Assembly: GCA_963664195.1 (NCBI GenBank)
Contig: OY760907.1
Span: 352,001-416,000 of the forward strand
DNA: 64,000 bases
Direction: 5' to 3'
From: an uncultured candidate division Zixibacteria bacterium
Lineage (GTDB): Bacteria > Zixibacteria > MSB-5A5 > GN15 > FEB-12
Position numbers and translations under genes: made by a program. This document shows positions 1-8,484 of the stretch, piece after piece; within the stretch, counting starts at the first letter, position 1; each line of letters begins with the position of its first letter. The notes below the pieces were generated by a model. That model saw only the letters and a list, made by a program, of their open reading frames with translations, searched no databases and was not told where the DNA came from.

Positions 1-55
1 CAATCGGGAAACGAATCCGCCTGAGGTGGAACCCTGGTGGTCACAAAGGGCGAGT
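1..55. repeat. Partial copy A of the ~250-bp REP-bounded promoter unit (runs off the left edge)
   Basis: 1-47 matches 233-279 and, with one mismatch, 1183-1229. The match to copy C extends through GGGCGAGT, then the sequence switches to the left REP of copy B. Confidence 0.9.
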
Positions 56-58
56 TTC

Positions 59-323
59 GTGGGCGGCAGACGCCCTCGCCTGTTCCACTCACAGCCAACA
101 GGCCCCCTTTGCCAGCCGCATCGCCCCCCGGGTTTCTAGTGGTCGCTTGATTGTCACACATCCCTCCCGAATCATCGAGCAACTCAGATTGGAATAAGGT
201 CGCCTTCAAGATACACAATGGTCCGTGATTGTCAATCGGGAAACGAATCCGCCTGAGGTGGAACCCTGGTGGTCACAAAAGGGAGAATGCGGCTATCCCC
301 CGCCCGAGGCACGGGCGGGCCAC
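59..323. repeat. Copy B of the REP-bounded promoter unit
   Basis: 104-279 aligns with 1054-1229 with 8 substitutions. Left end is a GTGG-foot hairpin (+, 59). Right end has a GTGA-foot hairpin (-, 249-276) and GTGG-CCCGCCCG-TGCCT-CGGGCGGG (-, 299-323). Confidence 0.9.
208..235 (-). promoter_or_regulatory. sigma70-like promoter inside copy B
   Basis: Minus strand reads TTGACA-N16-TATCTT; a GGGAGGG SD-like motif follows about 38 nt downstream. Confidence 0.65.
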
Positions 324-403
324 CGGGCCAACACCTGCGTCTGCCCAACCACGATCACGAAACCTCACTCAATTGATGCTCCACTCACAGCCAACAGGCC
401 ATG

Positions 404-1012
404 CTACATTTTCTTCAGTTCAGCAATGAACCTGTCATAGTCCTTCAAGAACCTATCTGCGTGCTCTAGTTTGGCTCGATACTTCTCAGTGCAGGCAAGA
501 GCCTTCTCCTTCTCTCCTTGGAGATAGAAGATTGCTGGCAGTCGGTAAGCGGAATTGTCGATGGAGCAGTATGTTTCCACCGCGCCTGCAAGGGCCGACA
601 GATCGAGGTGGCTGTTTATCCACGGAATACCGTAGTTTCGGATCGCATCAATCACATCCGCTGCAGTCTTATCGATGGGATGGCCCAAAGGAAACTTATA
701 GACAATATACGTCTTGTCCGGGGAGAAATACCCCACGTTTCGTACAACGGTTGCAGACCACTTGGCGGACGGGAACCATGTGCAAATAGCTGCTAGCATA
801 TCCATCACTTCCTTGTGATGGACACCTACTACCGGATTGAGCTCTACAGTCTTTTGAGCCCGGCGCGTGGTTGAGACCAGCCCCGTCAATCCAAAGGTGC
901 TGCCGTCAATGTCAGCAACACCGACTTGTCCCTTCCTAACGAAACCATCTTCCTCAAGGAGATCCCATATCCTCGTCTTTATCTCCTTGGTAAGGTCTCC
1001 AAGTTGTCCCAT
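404..1012 (-). CDS. Hypothetical 202-aa protein, DUF4304-like (putative polymorphic-toxin immunity type)
   Basis: GGAGGAG SD before ATG at 1012 (MGQLGDL). Pattern LEEDGFVRKG...LNPVVGV...VGYFSP...IRNYGIPW resembles DUF4304-like proteins. The longer ORF start lies within the repeat. Confidence 0.65.
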   Translation of the reverse strand: MGQLGDLTKEIKTRIWDLLEEDGFVRKGQVGVADIDGSTFGLTGLVSTTRRAQKTVELNPVVGVHHKEVMDMLAAICTWFPSAKWSATVVRNVGYFSPDKTYIVYKFPLGHPIDKTAADVIDAIRNYGIPWINSHLDLSALAGAVETYCSIDNSAYRLPAIFYLQGEKEKALACTEKYRAKLEHADRFLKDYDRFIAELKKM

Positions 1013-1029
1013 CTCTCCTCCGTCATTCC

Positions 1030-1273
1030 GTGGGCGGCAGACGCCCTCGTCTGCCCCTTTGCCAGCCGCATCGCCCCCCGGGTTTCTAGTGGTCGCTTGA
1101 TTGTCACACATCCCTCCCGAATCATCGAGTGAATCTGATTGGTCTAAGATCGCCTTCAAGATACACAATGGTCCGTGATTGTCAATCGGGAAACGAATCC
1201 GCCAGAGGTGGAACCCTGGTGGTCACAAAGGGCGAGTACGGCTATCCCCCGCCCGAGGCACGGGTTGGGCTAC
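1030..1273. repeat. Copy C of the REP-bounded promoter unit
   Basis: Left GTGG-GC-GGCAGAC-GCCCTC-GTCTGCC (+, 1030-1056). Right GTGA-foot hairpin (-, 1199-1226) and GTAG-CCCAACCCG-TGCCT-CGGGCGGGG (-, 1247-1273). Confidence 0.9.
1158..1185 (-). promoter_or_regulatory. sigma70-like promoter inside copy C, pointing at the 404-1012 gene
   Basis: TTGACA-N16-TATCTT on the minus strand, identical to the copy B promoter. Confidence 0.65.
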
Positions 1274-1301
1274 CGGACCGCACATACAAGGGGGAGCGAC
1301 C

Positions 1302-1329
1302 GTGAGCGTCAGGGTTCCATCCCTGACGC
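1302..1329 (+). repeat. REP-like hairpin, GTGA foot
   Basis: GTGA-GCGTCAGGG-TTCCAT-CCCTGACGC perfect 9-bp stem; related to the minus-strand hairpins at 17-44, 249-276 and 1199-1226. Confidence 0.65.
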
Positions 1330-1333
1330 ACTC

Positions 1334-1375
1334 AACAAAACAATGCCGCCGGCAAGGGTAGTGTAGCCGACGGCA
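1334..1375 (-). terminator. Probable intrinsic terminator of the dcw operon
   Basis: TGCCGTCGGC...GCCGGCGGCA stem followed by TTGTTTTGTT, about 100 nt after the ftsZ stop. Confidence 0.6.
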
Positions 1376-1476
1376 CCGTGAAGGAACCAATTATAGAGCA
1401 AACCAATCATCGCTCTATATTTGTAGGGGCCGCCGCTGGGATCGCATGACTCCCGACGACGACCGGAATTCACCAA

Positions 1477-2850
1477 TTAGTTGTCTTCGAGTCTCCTGAT
1501 ATAAGCCGGGATTGTTCGATCTTCCTCGGAGAAGGTTGGGACACGTCCACGATTGCCATATCCGTTGCCGTTGCTGCCGGTGAGGCGGTTACCGTACCCG
1601 TTATCGTGACCGTACTGTCCGTTGTCGGTCGGCTGCGGGTTGCCCCCTCCCCCGGTGCGGAAATCGGCTGCACTGGCGGCTGCCGTCTGCGGCATTGTCG
1701 TGTCCACCGGCGCTTCCTCGTGGGGGAATGCCATGGCGGTCGTGGTTCTCTGGTTCAGTTGCGCCTGATGCTGTTGCTGAATCGTCTGCCGCGGCTGTTC
1801 CGGGAACAGCGACATCACTTTTCCCGGCTTTACATCCTCGATTACCGGCTCAACCTTTTCGACCAGTTTCGGCTCTTCCTTGCCGATGCCGGTAGCGATC
1901 ACGGTCACACGCATTTGATCCTGCATCTCCGGATCGATGACAGCGCCGAAAATGATATTGGCGTTGTCGCCTGCCCCTTCGTAGATCAACGACGTAGCCG
2001 TATTGACATCGTGGAGAGTCATGTCCTCGCCACCTGTCACATTGATAAGCACACCCTTGGCACCCGCAATGCACGTATTCTCAAGCAGCGGCGATGAAAT
2101 TGCTTCCTGAGCGGCATCGATAGCCTTTTCGTCTCCCTGGCCGTAACCTGTGCCCATGATGGCGTCGCCCATCTCGAGCATAACCGTGCGGACATCGGCA
2201 AAATCACAGTTGATGAGACCCGGAATTGTGATCAGATCCGAGATGCCTTTGGTTGCCTGGTGCAGGACCTCATCGGCAGTCGCAAAAGCCTCGGTAAGGG
2301 TAGTTTTCTTGTCGACGATTTCAAGCAATCGCTCGTTCGGAATAGTGATGAGCGTGTCGACCTTGGATTTCAATTCGGCCAGACCTTCTTCAGCGCGATC
2401 GACGCGCTTTTTGCCTTCAAACCGGAACGGTTTGGTGACGATAGCCACGGTTAGCGCACCGGCCTTTTTGGCGATCTCGGCTACTTCTGGAGCCGCGCCC
2501 GTGCCGGTTCCCCCGCCCATGCCAGCAGTGATGAACACGAGGTTCGGCTGACCGAGCGCCTCGGCGACCTCGATCATACTCTCCTGCATCGCCTGTTTCC
2601 CGACTTCGGGATTGGCGCCGGCACCAAGGCCGTTGGTGATTTTGTTACCAATCTGAATCCGTTTCTCGGCCCGATTTTGTTCGAGTACCTGGGCGTCGGA
2701 GTTAATCGCGATGAATTCCACGCCCTTGAGTTCGGATGCAATCATACGATTGATAGCGTTGCCGCCACCACCGCCAACACCTACTACCTTGATGTTAGCG
2801 AGCCCCACGTAATCTGAGGCGAAGTTGAAGTTGTGATCACTTGCAGCCAT
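1477..2850 (-). CDS. ftsZ: Cell division protein FtsZ
   Basis: IKVVGVGGGGGNA, tubulin signature GGGTGTG, C-terminal IPAYIRR peptide. Confidence 0.98.
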   Translation of the reverse strand: MAASDHNFNFASDYVGLANIKVVGVGGGGGNAINRMIASELKGVEFIAINSDAQVLEQNRAEKRIQIGNKITNGLGAGANPEVGKQAMQESMIEVAEALGQPNLVFITAGMGGGTGTGAAPEVAEIAKKAGALTVAIVTKPFRFEGKKRVDRAEEGLAELKSKVDTLITIPNERLLEIVDKKTTLTEAFATADEVLHQATKGISDLITIPGLINCDFADVRTVMLEMGDAIMGTGYGQGDEKAIDAAQEAISSPLLENTCIAGAKGVLINVTGGEDMTLHDVNTATSLIYEGAGDNANIIFGAVIDPEMQDQMRVTVIATGIGKEEPKLVEKVEPVIEDVKPGKVMSLFPEQPRQTIQQQHQAQLNQRTTTAMAFPHEEAPVDTTMPQTAAASAADFRTGGGGNPQPTDNGQYGHDNGYGNRLTGSNGNGYGNRGRVPTFSEEDRTIPAYIRRLEDN

Positions 2851-2880
2851 TCTAAGTTCCTCCTGAACTGCGTTGCTATC

Positions 2881-4104
2881 CTAAAGCTTCTTCGTTATCC
2901 AATCCTCAAGACGACTCAGCCAGCCTTTTACAGCTTTGCTCCGGGTCGTCGTTTCTGTTTCTGCCGTAAAACCGTATTTCAAAAGACCGTGCGCTGCCCC
3001 GTGGAGCGAGGCATTCAACTCCTCCGGCACGTGTGCAATATTCCCGATAGTGCCCAGCCTGACCGGCATGTCAAACATTTGCTCGGCGAGTTCCAGCGAA
3101 CCGGGCATCAATGCCCCGCCGCCGGTGAGCACCATTCCGGCCGTGAGGGCATCGGGCTGTGCTACTTTCTTCAGCTCTCTTGCCACCAGTGAGTAGATTT
3201 CCTCAAAACGCGGCTCTATAATTGAGGCCAGCACGTTGCGCGAGACCTCTTTGTCGGGTCTCCCCGCCACTCCCGGCACACCGATCATCTCGGTGGCATC
3301 GACCATCGAGGTCAACGCAGCGCCGTGAGATATCTTGATGTCCTCTGCCTGGGGAACCGAAGTGCGAAGGCCAATCGCTATATCGTTCGTGATATTTTTC
3401 GCGCCCAACGGAACCACCGCCGTATGGCGAATTGCACCGTCGTAGAACACCGACACGTTGGTGATGTCGCCGCCGATATCCAGCAAGACGCAGCCCGCAT
3501 CAAGGTCGTTGTCGTCGAGCAACACGTGTGACAGCGCCAGAGCTTCGAGCACCATGTGGTCAACACCGAGTTGACATCTCTCGAGCGCCCGGTAGATGTT
3601 CTTCGCCGAAGTCACCGAGGCCGTTACGATATGCGCCTCAACTTCCAGCCGGACACCGGACATCCCGACCGGGTCTTTGATCCCCGACTGGTCATCAACC
3701 GAGTATGACTGCGGCACGACGTGGATAATCTCACGGTCCACCGGAATGGCGACTGTACGCGATGCCTCGACCGCTTTCTTGACGTCGGCAGAAGTTATCT
3801 CGTTGTCGGAGCGACCGACACCAATCACACCGTGGCTATTAATCGAACGGATGTGCTCGCCGGCGATACCAACCGTAACGTGATCGATCTCGACCCCGGA
3901 CACCATCTGGGCATCATCGACGGCCTTTCTGATCGACTTCACCGTCTTGTCCATGTCGACAACGACACCACGACGCAGCCCGTCGGCGGTCGCACTGCCG
4001 TGACCGATCACATAGATATCTCCCTGCTCGTCCTGTTCGCCGACCAGCACGAAAATCTTGGTGGTGCCTATGTCGAGTACCGCTACGATGTTTTCGGCGG
4101 CCAT
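2881..4104 (-). CDS. ftsA: Cell division protein FtsA
   Basis: LDIGTTK, LDIGG and VLTGGGA actin-like motifs; position upstream of ftsZ. Confidence 0.97.
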   Translation of the reverse strand: MAAENIVAVLDIGTTKIFVLVGEQDEQGDIYVIGHGSATADGLRRGVVVDMDKTVKSIRKAVDDAQMVSGVEIDHVTVGIAGEHIRSINSHGVIGVGRSDNEITSADVKKAVEASRTVAIPVDREIIHVVPQSYSVDDQSGIKDPVGMSGVRLEVEAHIVTASVTSAKNIYRALERCQLGVDHMVLEALALSHVLLDDNDLDAGCVLLDIGGDITNVSVFYDGAIRHTAVVPLGAKNITNDIAIGLRTSVPQAEDIKISHGAALTSMVDATEMIGVPGVAGRPDKEVSRNVLASIIEPRFEEIYSLVARELKKVAQPDALTAGMVLTGGGALMPGSLELAEQMFDMPVRLGTIGNIAHVPEELNASLHGAAHGLLKYGFTAETETTTRSKAVKGWLSRLEDWITKKL

Positions 4105-4105
4105 G

Positions 4106-4831
4106 TTATTTCCTCTCCCCTGTCTGGACAATCAAGTTCGGAAAACGGAGATCAAACAGTTTCGCTCCCTCGACCTCCGGTTGATAACTTTCTACAAACC
4201 GGATGAAGCCGGCAATCTGGTGGCGGAAATCCTCCGCCGTAGCTTTCAACCGGTACGGGAGACCGGAGATAGTCACCATCACACACTCTCTCGAACTAAA
4301 ATCGATTTCGTCTATCAGGCGATACAGATCTTTGTTCTCGCCTTTCAGGTCGCGAAGTTGCGGCAGCAGCAGGCCAACCCGAATATCATCACACATCTCA
4401 AACAGAGAACCAGCTTCCACGCCGGTCAACACAGGGTCGATCCACCCACGACAATCGCCCTCAAGCGGAACCGCTCTGGCCTGATTGTTCAGACCGAGCA
4501 TCTTGCCGGTCCGTTTATCGAGCAGGTAGCAGACAGACTCAAACCGATTGGTCTTGATATGCATTGTCCCGGGAAGAGAGTATTCGACATCAACTTTGAC
4601 CGTCCTTTTGTCATCCAAGAGACGTTCAGCCAACTGCGCCACCGGCTGTTCGAGCACAGACTTTCCGGAGGTCAATCCCATTTCGGACTCAAACTCTACT
4701 ACCGGACGATCATCAAGCGTCACCGCCTCAAGCTGATGCCAGTCGGTGAACTCCATGACTACAACCGATCCTCCTCCAACGAGAATGATCGCAAGAAAGG
4801 CCCATCTGATTTTTGCCGGCAGCCAGATCAT
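4106..4831 (-). CDS. ftsQ: FtsQ/DivIB-like protein
   Basis: N-terminal TM segment, POTRA-like region, C-terminal FDLRF motif; position upstream of ftsA. Confidence 0.8.
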   Translation of the reverse strand: MIWLPAKIRWAFLAIILVGGGSVVVMEFTDWHQLEAVTLDDRPVVEFESEMGLTSGKSVLEQPVAQLAERLLDDKRTVKVDVEYSLPGTMHIKTNRFESVCYLLDKRTGKMLGLNNQARAVPLEGDCRGWIDPVLTGVEAGSLFEMCDDIRVGLLLPQLRDLKGENKDLYRLIDEIDFSSRECVMVTISGLPYRLKATAEDFRHQIAGFIRFVESYQPEVEGAKLFDLRFPNLIVQTGERK

Positions 4832-6201
4832 ACTGTTTTGAGCATCTCCATAACTTCGGAGCGAATATGCGTTATCGAACCCGCTCCAATCGTAATCACG
4901 ACATCACCGCGCTTGACGACGCGTCTGATTTCCGCAGCAGCGTTTACTTTCCTTCCAACGTAGCTAAAATTCTCCCAGCCGTGTTCCTCGGCAATCGCCT
5001 TAATCATCTCTGAAGTCACTCCGGGGATTGGCTTCTCACGGGCTGGATAGATATCTGTCAAGATGCACCAGTCGGCATGCGAAAGGACCTCGGCAAACTC
5101 CTCCGCGAAGTTCTCCGTACGACTGTACAGGTGCGGCTGGAAAACAGCTATCACCCGACGCTTGTAGCTCTTCTTGGCCGTCGCCAGCGTGGCTCTGATT
5201 TCGGTCGGATGGTGCGCGTAGTCATCGACATACAGGATATCGTTCACCTCGCCGATCACCTCGAACCGTCGTCCGACACCGCTGAAATGCAGGAGCGCGT
5301 CGGCAACGGTCACGAACGCAATATCCAGCTCAAAGGCCGCAGCTACCGCTGCGAGGGCGTTGGCAACGTTGTGCTTACCGGGTACCGGCAGAATGATATC
5401 GCCCAGCAATTCATCTTTGCGATAGACAGAGAAAACGCTGCGTCCCGGTTCCTGCTTGATATCAACGGCCCGATAGTCGGCGTCCTCTGAGAAGCCAAAC
5501 GTCACGTACGGACGTGTAATGTTTTCGCGGATCAAACCGAGATTGAGATCATCAGCGTTGATCACGGCAGAGCCGTAGAACGGTACACGGTTGATATAGT
5601 AGAGGAAAGCGCCGCGAAGGTCGTCCATATCGTCATAGCAATCAAGATGGTCGGCCTCGATGTTCAACACCACCGCCATGCTGGGGAACATCGCGAAAAT
5701 CGAACGGTCGTACTCGTCGGCTTCGGCCACGAGATAGTCGCCGCTGCCAAGTTCCGCACCGGTGCCGAGTTCGGCCACCACGCCACCAACTACAAGAGTC
5801 GGCTCGAATTTTGCCTGCTGAAGGATTTTGCCGATCATCGACGTCGTCGTGGTCTTGCCATGCGTACCGGCGATACCGATTGAGAATTTCAGACGCATCA
5901 ACTCGCCCAGCATCTCGGCACGTTTGATCACAGGAATCCCGCGACGACGCGCCTCTTTCACTTCGGGGTTGTCTTCGCCGACTGCCGACGAGATCACGAC
6001 CACATCACAGTCTGCGACATGCTCTGCACTGTGACCTGCCAACACTCGGACACCAAGCGACCCGAGATACTCAGTGATTTCGCTGGGAGTGGAGTCTGAC
6101 CCGGAAATCGAGAACCCGAGGTTATGTAGAATCTCGCCGATCCCGGACATGCCGGCGCCGCCGATACCTACGAAGTGAAGTTTTTTGATCCGTCCAAACA
6201 T
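4828..6201 (-). CDS. murC: UDP-N-acetylmuramate--L-alanine ligase
   Basis: HFVGIGGAGMSG, GTHGKTTT, EADE, DDYAHHPTE, FQPH. Alternative TTG start at 6258. Confidence 0.97.
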   Translation of the reverse strand: MFGRIKKLHFVGIGGAGMSGIGEILHNLGFSISGSDSTPSEITEYLGSLGVRVLAGHSAEHVADCDVVVISSAVGEDNPEVKEARRRGIPVIKRAEMLGELMRLKFSIGIAGTHGKTTTTSMIGKILQQAKFEPTLVVGGVVAELGTGAELGSGDYLVAEADEYDRSIFAMFPSMAVVLNIEADHLDCYDDMDDLRGAFLYYINRVPFYGSAVINADDLNLGLIRENITRPYVTFGFSEDADYRAVDIKQEPGRSVFSVYRKDELLGDIILPVPGKHNVANALAAVAAAFELDIAFVTVADALLHFSGVGRRFEVIGEVNDILYVDDYAHHPTEIRATLATAKKSYKRRVIAVFQPHLYSRTENFAEEFAEVLSHADWCILTDIYPAREKPIPGVTSEMIKAIAEEHGWENFSYVGRKVNAAAEIRRVVKRGDVVITIGAGSITHIRSEVMEMLKTV

Positions 6202-6247
6202 TACGTTGTCACAAGCAAAATGTGTTACCGTAGCCGGTGCGAGTTGT

Positions 6248-7390
6248 TCAATCTCCAACCGTTTTCTCCTGAGCGATTCCGATCAACTTTATGATATCTT
6301 CTGCGATTATATCTACAGCCGGCTTCCTGCCCGCCGTCTCCTGCGCAATCTTTCCACGCATGCTTTCTACCGTACCGTTCTCGAACAGAGTGATGGCCCT
6401 GGCAAGAATGTCGACTGAGTTCAAATCGTTCGGGTCGACTGTCTCTCCGAACCCGCGCGAAACATACGCCTGCGCGTTCTTGCGCTGATGGTCGCCGGCA
6501 GCGTACGGATACGGAATCAGCATCGCCGGCAGCTTGCAGGCTTCAAGCTCCGCCAGCGTGATCGCTCCGGCGCGGGCGACGACCAGATCCGCCGCCACAT
6601 AAACCAGTTCCATGTTAGGGTCAAACGGGAAGAGGAGGCCGCGGCTCATTCCCTGAGCTTTAGCTTCTACATCCTTGTAGTCTCCCCTTCCCGTTTGCCA
6701 AAGAAGCTGATAGTCGTCTTTCAGACTGCCGGTCTTCAGACTCTTCAGTATTGCCTCGTTGATTGAGCGTGCACCCTGCGACCCTCCCAGCACGAGGATT
6801 GTCTTTTTGTTGGCATCGAGACCGAAATGCTTCAGTGCTTCTCCCCTGTTGCCATCAGCGATCGTGCGTCTGACCGGATTGCCCGTAATCATTGTGGCGG
6901 CGTTGGTCGGTAGGAACGACCGGCCTTCCTCAAACCCGAGATACACGCGTGCGGCAGCGGCAGCGAGCCTTCGCGTTGATATGCCGGGAAACGAGTTCTG
7001 TTCCTGGAGCACGGTCGTTATCCCCATCATTGAGGCCATCTTGAGGACCGGCCAGGAAACATACCCACCGGTGCCAACGACAACGTGCGGTTTCGTTTCT
7101 TTCAAGATCGAACGCGACTTCAGAAGCGACCCGATCACCAGAAACGGCACGGCGAGGTTTTTCAGTGTTAGCGAACGAGCAATGCCGCGAATGTTCACCA
7201 GGCGAAGCGGGTAGCCAATACTGTCGCGCAGGCGATACTCGATCCCGCGTCTGGTGCCGACGAATTCGATCTTGGCCTTGCCGTCAAGCAAATCGCTGAC
7301 ACGGTTAGCTATAGCTATGGCCGGGAACAGGTGTCCCCCGGTACCGCCACCGGCGAATACCAGACGTGCGTTTTTCGGATGGGCGGTCAT
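6248..7390 (-). CDS. murG: Lipid II GlcNAc transferase MurG
   Basis: GGGTGGHLFP, GTGGYVS, EQN, GGSQGA, HQRKNA. Confidence 0.97.
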   Translation of the reverse strand: MTAHPKNARLVFAGGGTGGHLFPAIAIANRVSDLLDGKAKIEFVGTRRGIEYRLRDSIGYPLRLVNIRGIARSLTLKNLAVPFLVIGSLLKSRSILKETKPHVVVGTGGYVSWPVLKMASMMGITTVLQEQNSFPGISTRRLAAAAARVYLGFEEGRSFLPTNAATMITGNPVRRTIADGNRGEALKHFGLDANKKTILVLGGSQGARSINEAILKSLKTGSLKDDYQLLWQTGRGDYKDVEAKAQGMSRGLLFPFDPNMELVYVAADLVVARAGAITLAELEACKLPAMLIPYPYAAGDHQRKNAQAYVSRGFGETVDPNDLNSVDILARAITLFENGTVESMRGKIAQETAGRKPAVDIIAEDIIKLIGIAQEKTVGD

Positions 7391-8484
7391 GTTTTCACCC
7401 TCCGCGAAAGATTTAACAGCACACCTATCGCCATACTTGATATCAACAGCGATGATCCACCCGATGAAAAGAACGGCAGCGCGAGTCCGGTCACCGGAAG
7501 CAGGGCTGTCACCACACCGACATTGATCGCTATGTTCACAAACAACGACCAGGTCATACCGGCCGCGAGCAGGAATCCGAACTTGTCCGGCTGCGCCACC
7601 GCAATCCGACAGCCACGATAAACGAGAAACGCGAGCAGGCCCAGAACGACCAGCAATCCGATGAAGCCGATCTCTTCGCCCATGGTGGCCAGGATGAAAT
7701 CAGTGTGGGGATACGGCAGGAAAAACAGTTTCTGGCGGCCATCACCGAATCCCACACCGAACAGCCCCCCCGCCCCTAGTGTAAGCGCCGCCTGTTGAAC
7801 CTGATACCCACCCTGAAGGGGATCCGCCAGTGTCGCGAGGTAACTGAATATGCGATCTCTCTTGTATCCGAGCACAAACACCATGAACGATCCGCCGAGA
7901 ACCATCGGTGCCGCAGAATAAACGAGATGCTTCAATCTCGCCCCCGCCAGGAAGAACAAACCGACGGCCGTTACAAACACGACAATCGCCGTGCCCAGAT
8001 CCGGTTCGGCGACTATCAACGCCAGCCCGAGTCCGACAATCGGCACGTACGGGAACAGGAGTTGCCGGAGATCGGCCAGGTTTCTCTTCGGGTTCGACAA
8101 CGAAAACGCGAGATAGAAAATCATCAGGAACTTGAACAACTCCGAAGGCTGCATAGTCAGCGGTCCGAGGAACAGCCAGCGCTGGGAACCGTTTCGCGAT
8201 TCCATCAGAAAAACGAGACACAGCAGCAGCACGGAGAATAGGAGTCCGGGAGCCGAGTATACGGCCAAACGCTTGAGATCAACCTTGCCGATAATCCACA
8301 CGGCAAACACCGAGATCGCTGCCCACATGAACTGCTTGCGGAAAAACAGCCAGTGTGACCCGAAACGACTCTCTGCCATGATCGACGAAGCCGAATAGAC
8401 CATGATCACCCCTGCCACCAGCGTCAGCAGGTAGCAGACCAACAGCGAATCATCGATATGACTTTTAGCTGCCGATCGTCTCAT
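7387..8484 (-). CDS. ftsW: FtsW SEDS peptidoglycan polymerase
   Basis: Multi-TM; RW, QPSELFK, EPDLGT, LPYPHTDFI, GGSS motifs. Confidence 0.96.
   Translation of the reverse strand: MRRSAAKSHIDDSLLVCYLLTLVAGVIMVYSASSIMAESRFGSHWLFFRKQFMWAAISVFAVWIIGKVDLKRLAVYSAPGLLFSVLLLCLVFLMESRNGSQRWLFLGPLTMQPSELFKFLMIFYLAFSLSNPKRNLADLRQLLFPYVPIVGLGLALIVAEPDLGTAIVVFVTAVGLFFLAGARLKHLVYSAAPMVLGGSFMVFVLGYKRDRIFSYLATLADPLQGGYQVQQAALTLGAGGLFGVGFGDGRQKLFFLPYPHTDFILATMGEEIGFIGLLVVLGLLAFLVYRGCRIAVAQPDKFGFLLAAGMTWSLFVNIAINVGVVTALLPVTGLALPFFSSGGSSLLISSMAIGVLLNLSRRVKT

Noticed and set aside
324..403. Integron attC site after the cargo gene
   Set aside because: No RYYYAAC...GTTRRRY pair in the right orientation and no integron integrase; the hairpins carry REP-type feet instead.
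1..1273. CRISPR array
   Set aside because: Repeats are about 250 bp with irregular spacing, there are no unique 30-40 nt spacers, and no cas genes are in the window.
225..1366. Short ORFs 225-440, 229-429, 1175-1366, 1179-1361 and the 52-aa N-terminal extension of 404-1168
   Set aside because: They are translations of the non-coding repeat and its hairpins; the supported start is the SD-backed ATG at 1012.
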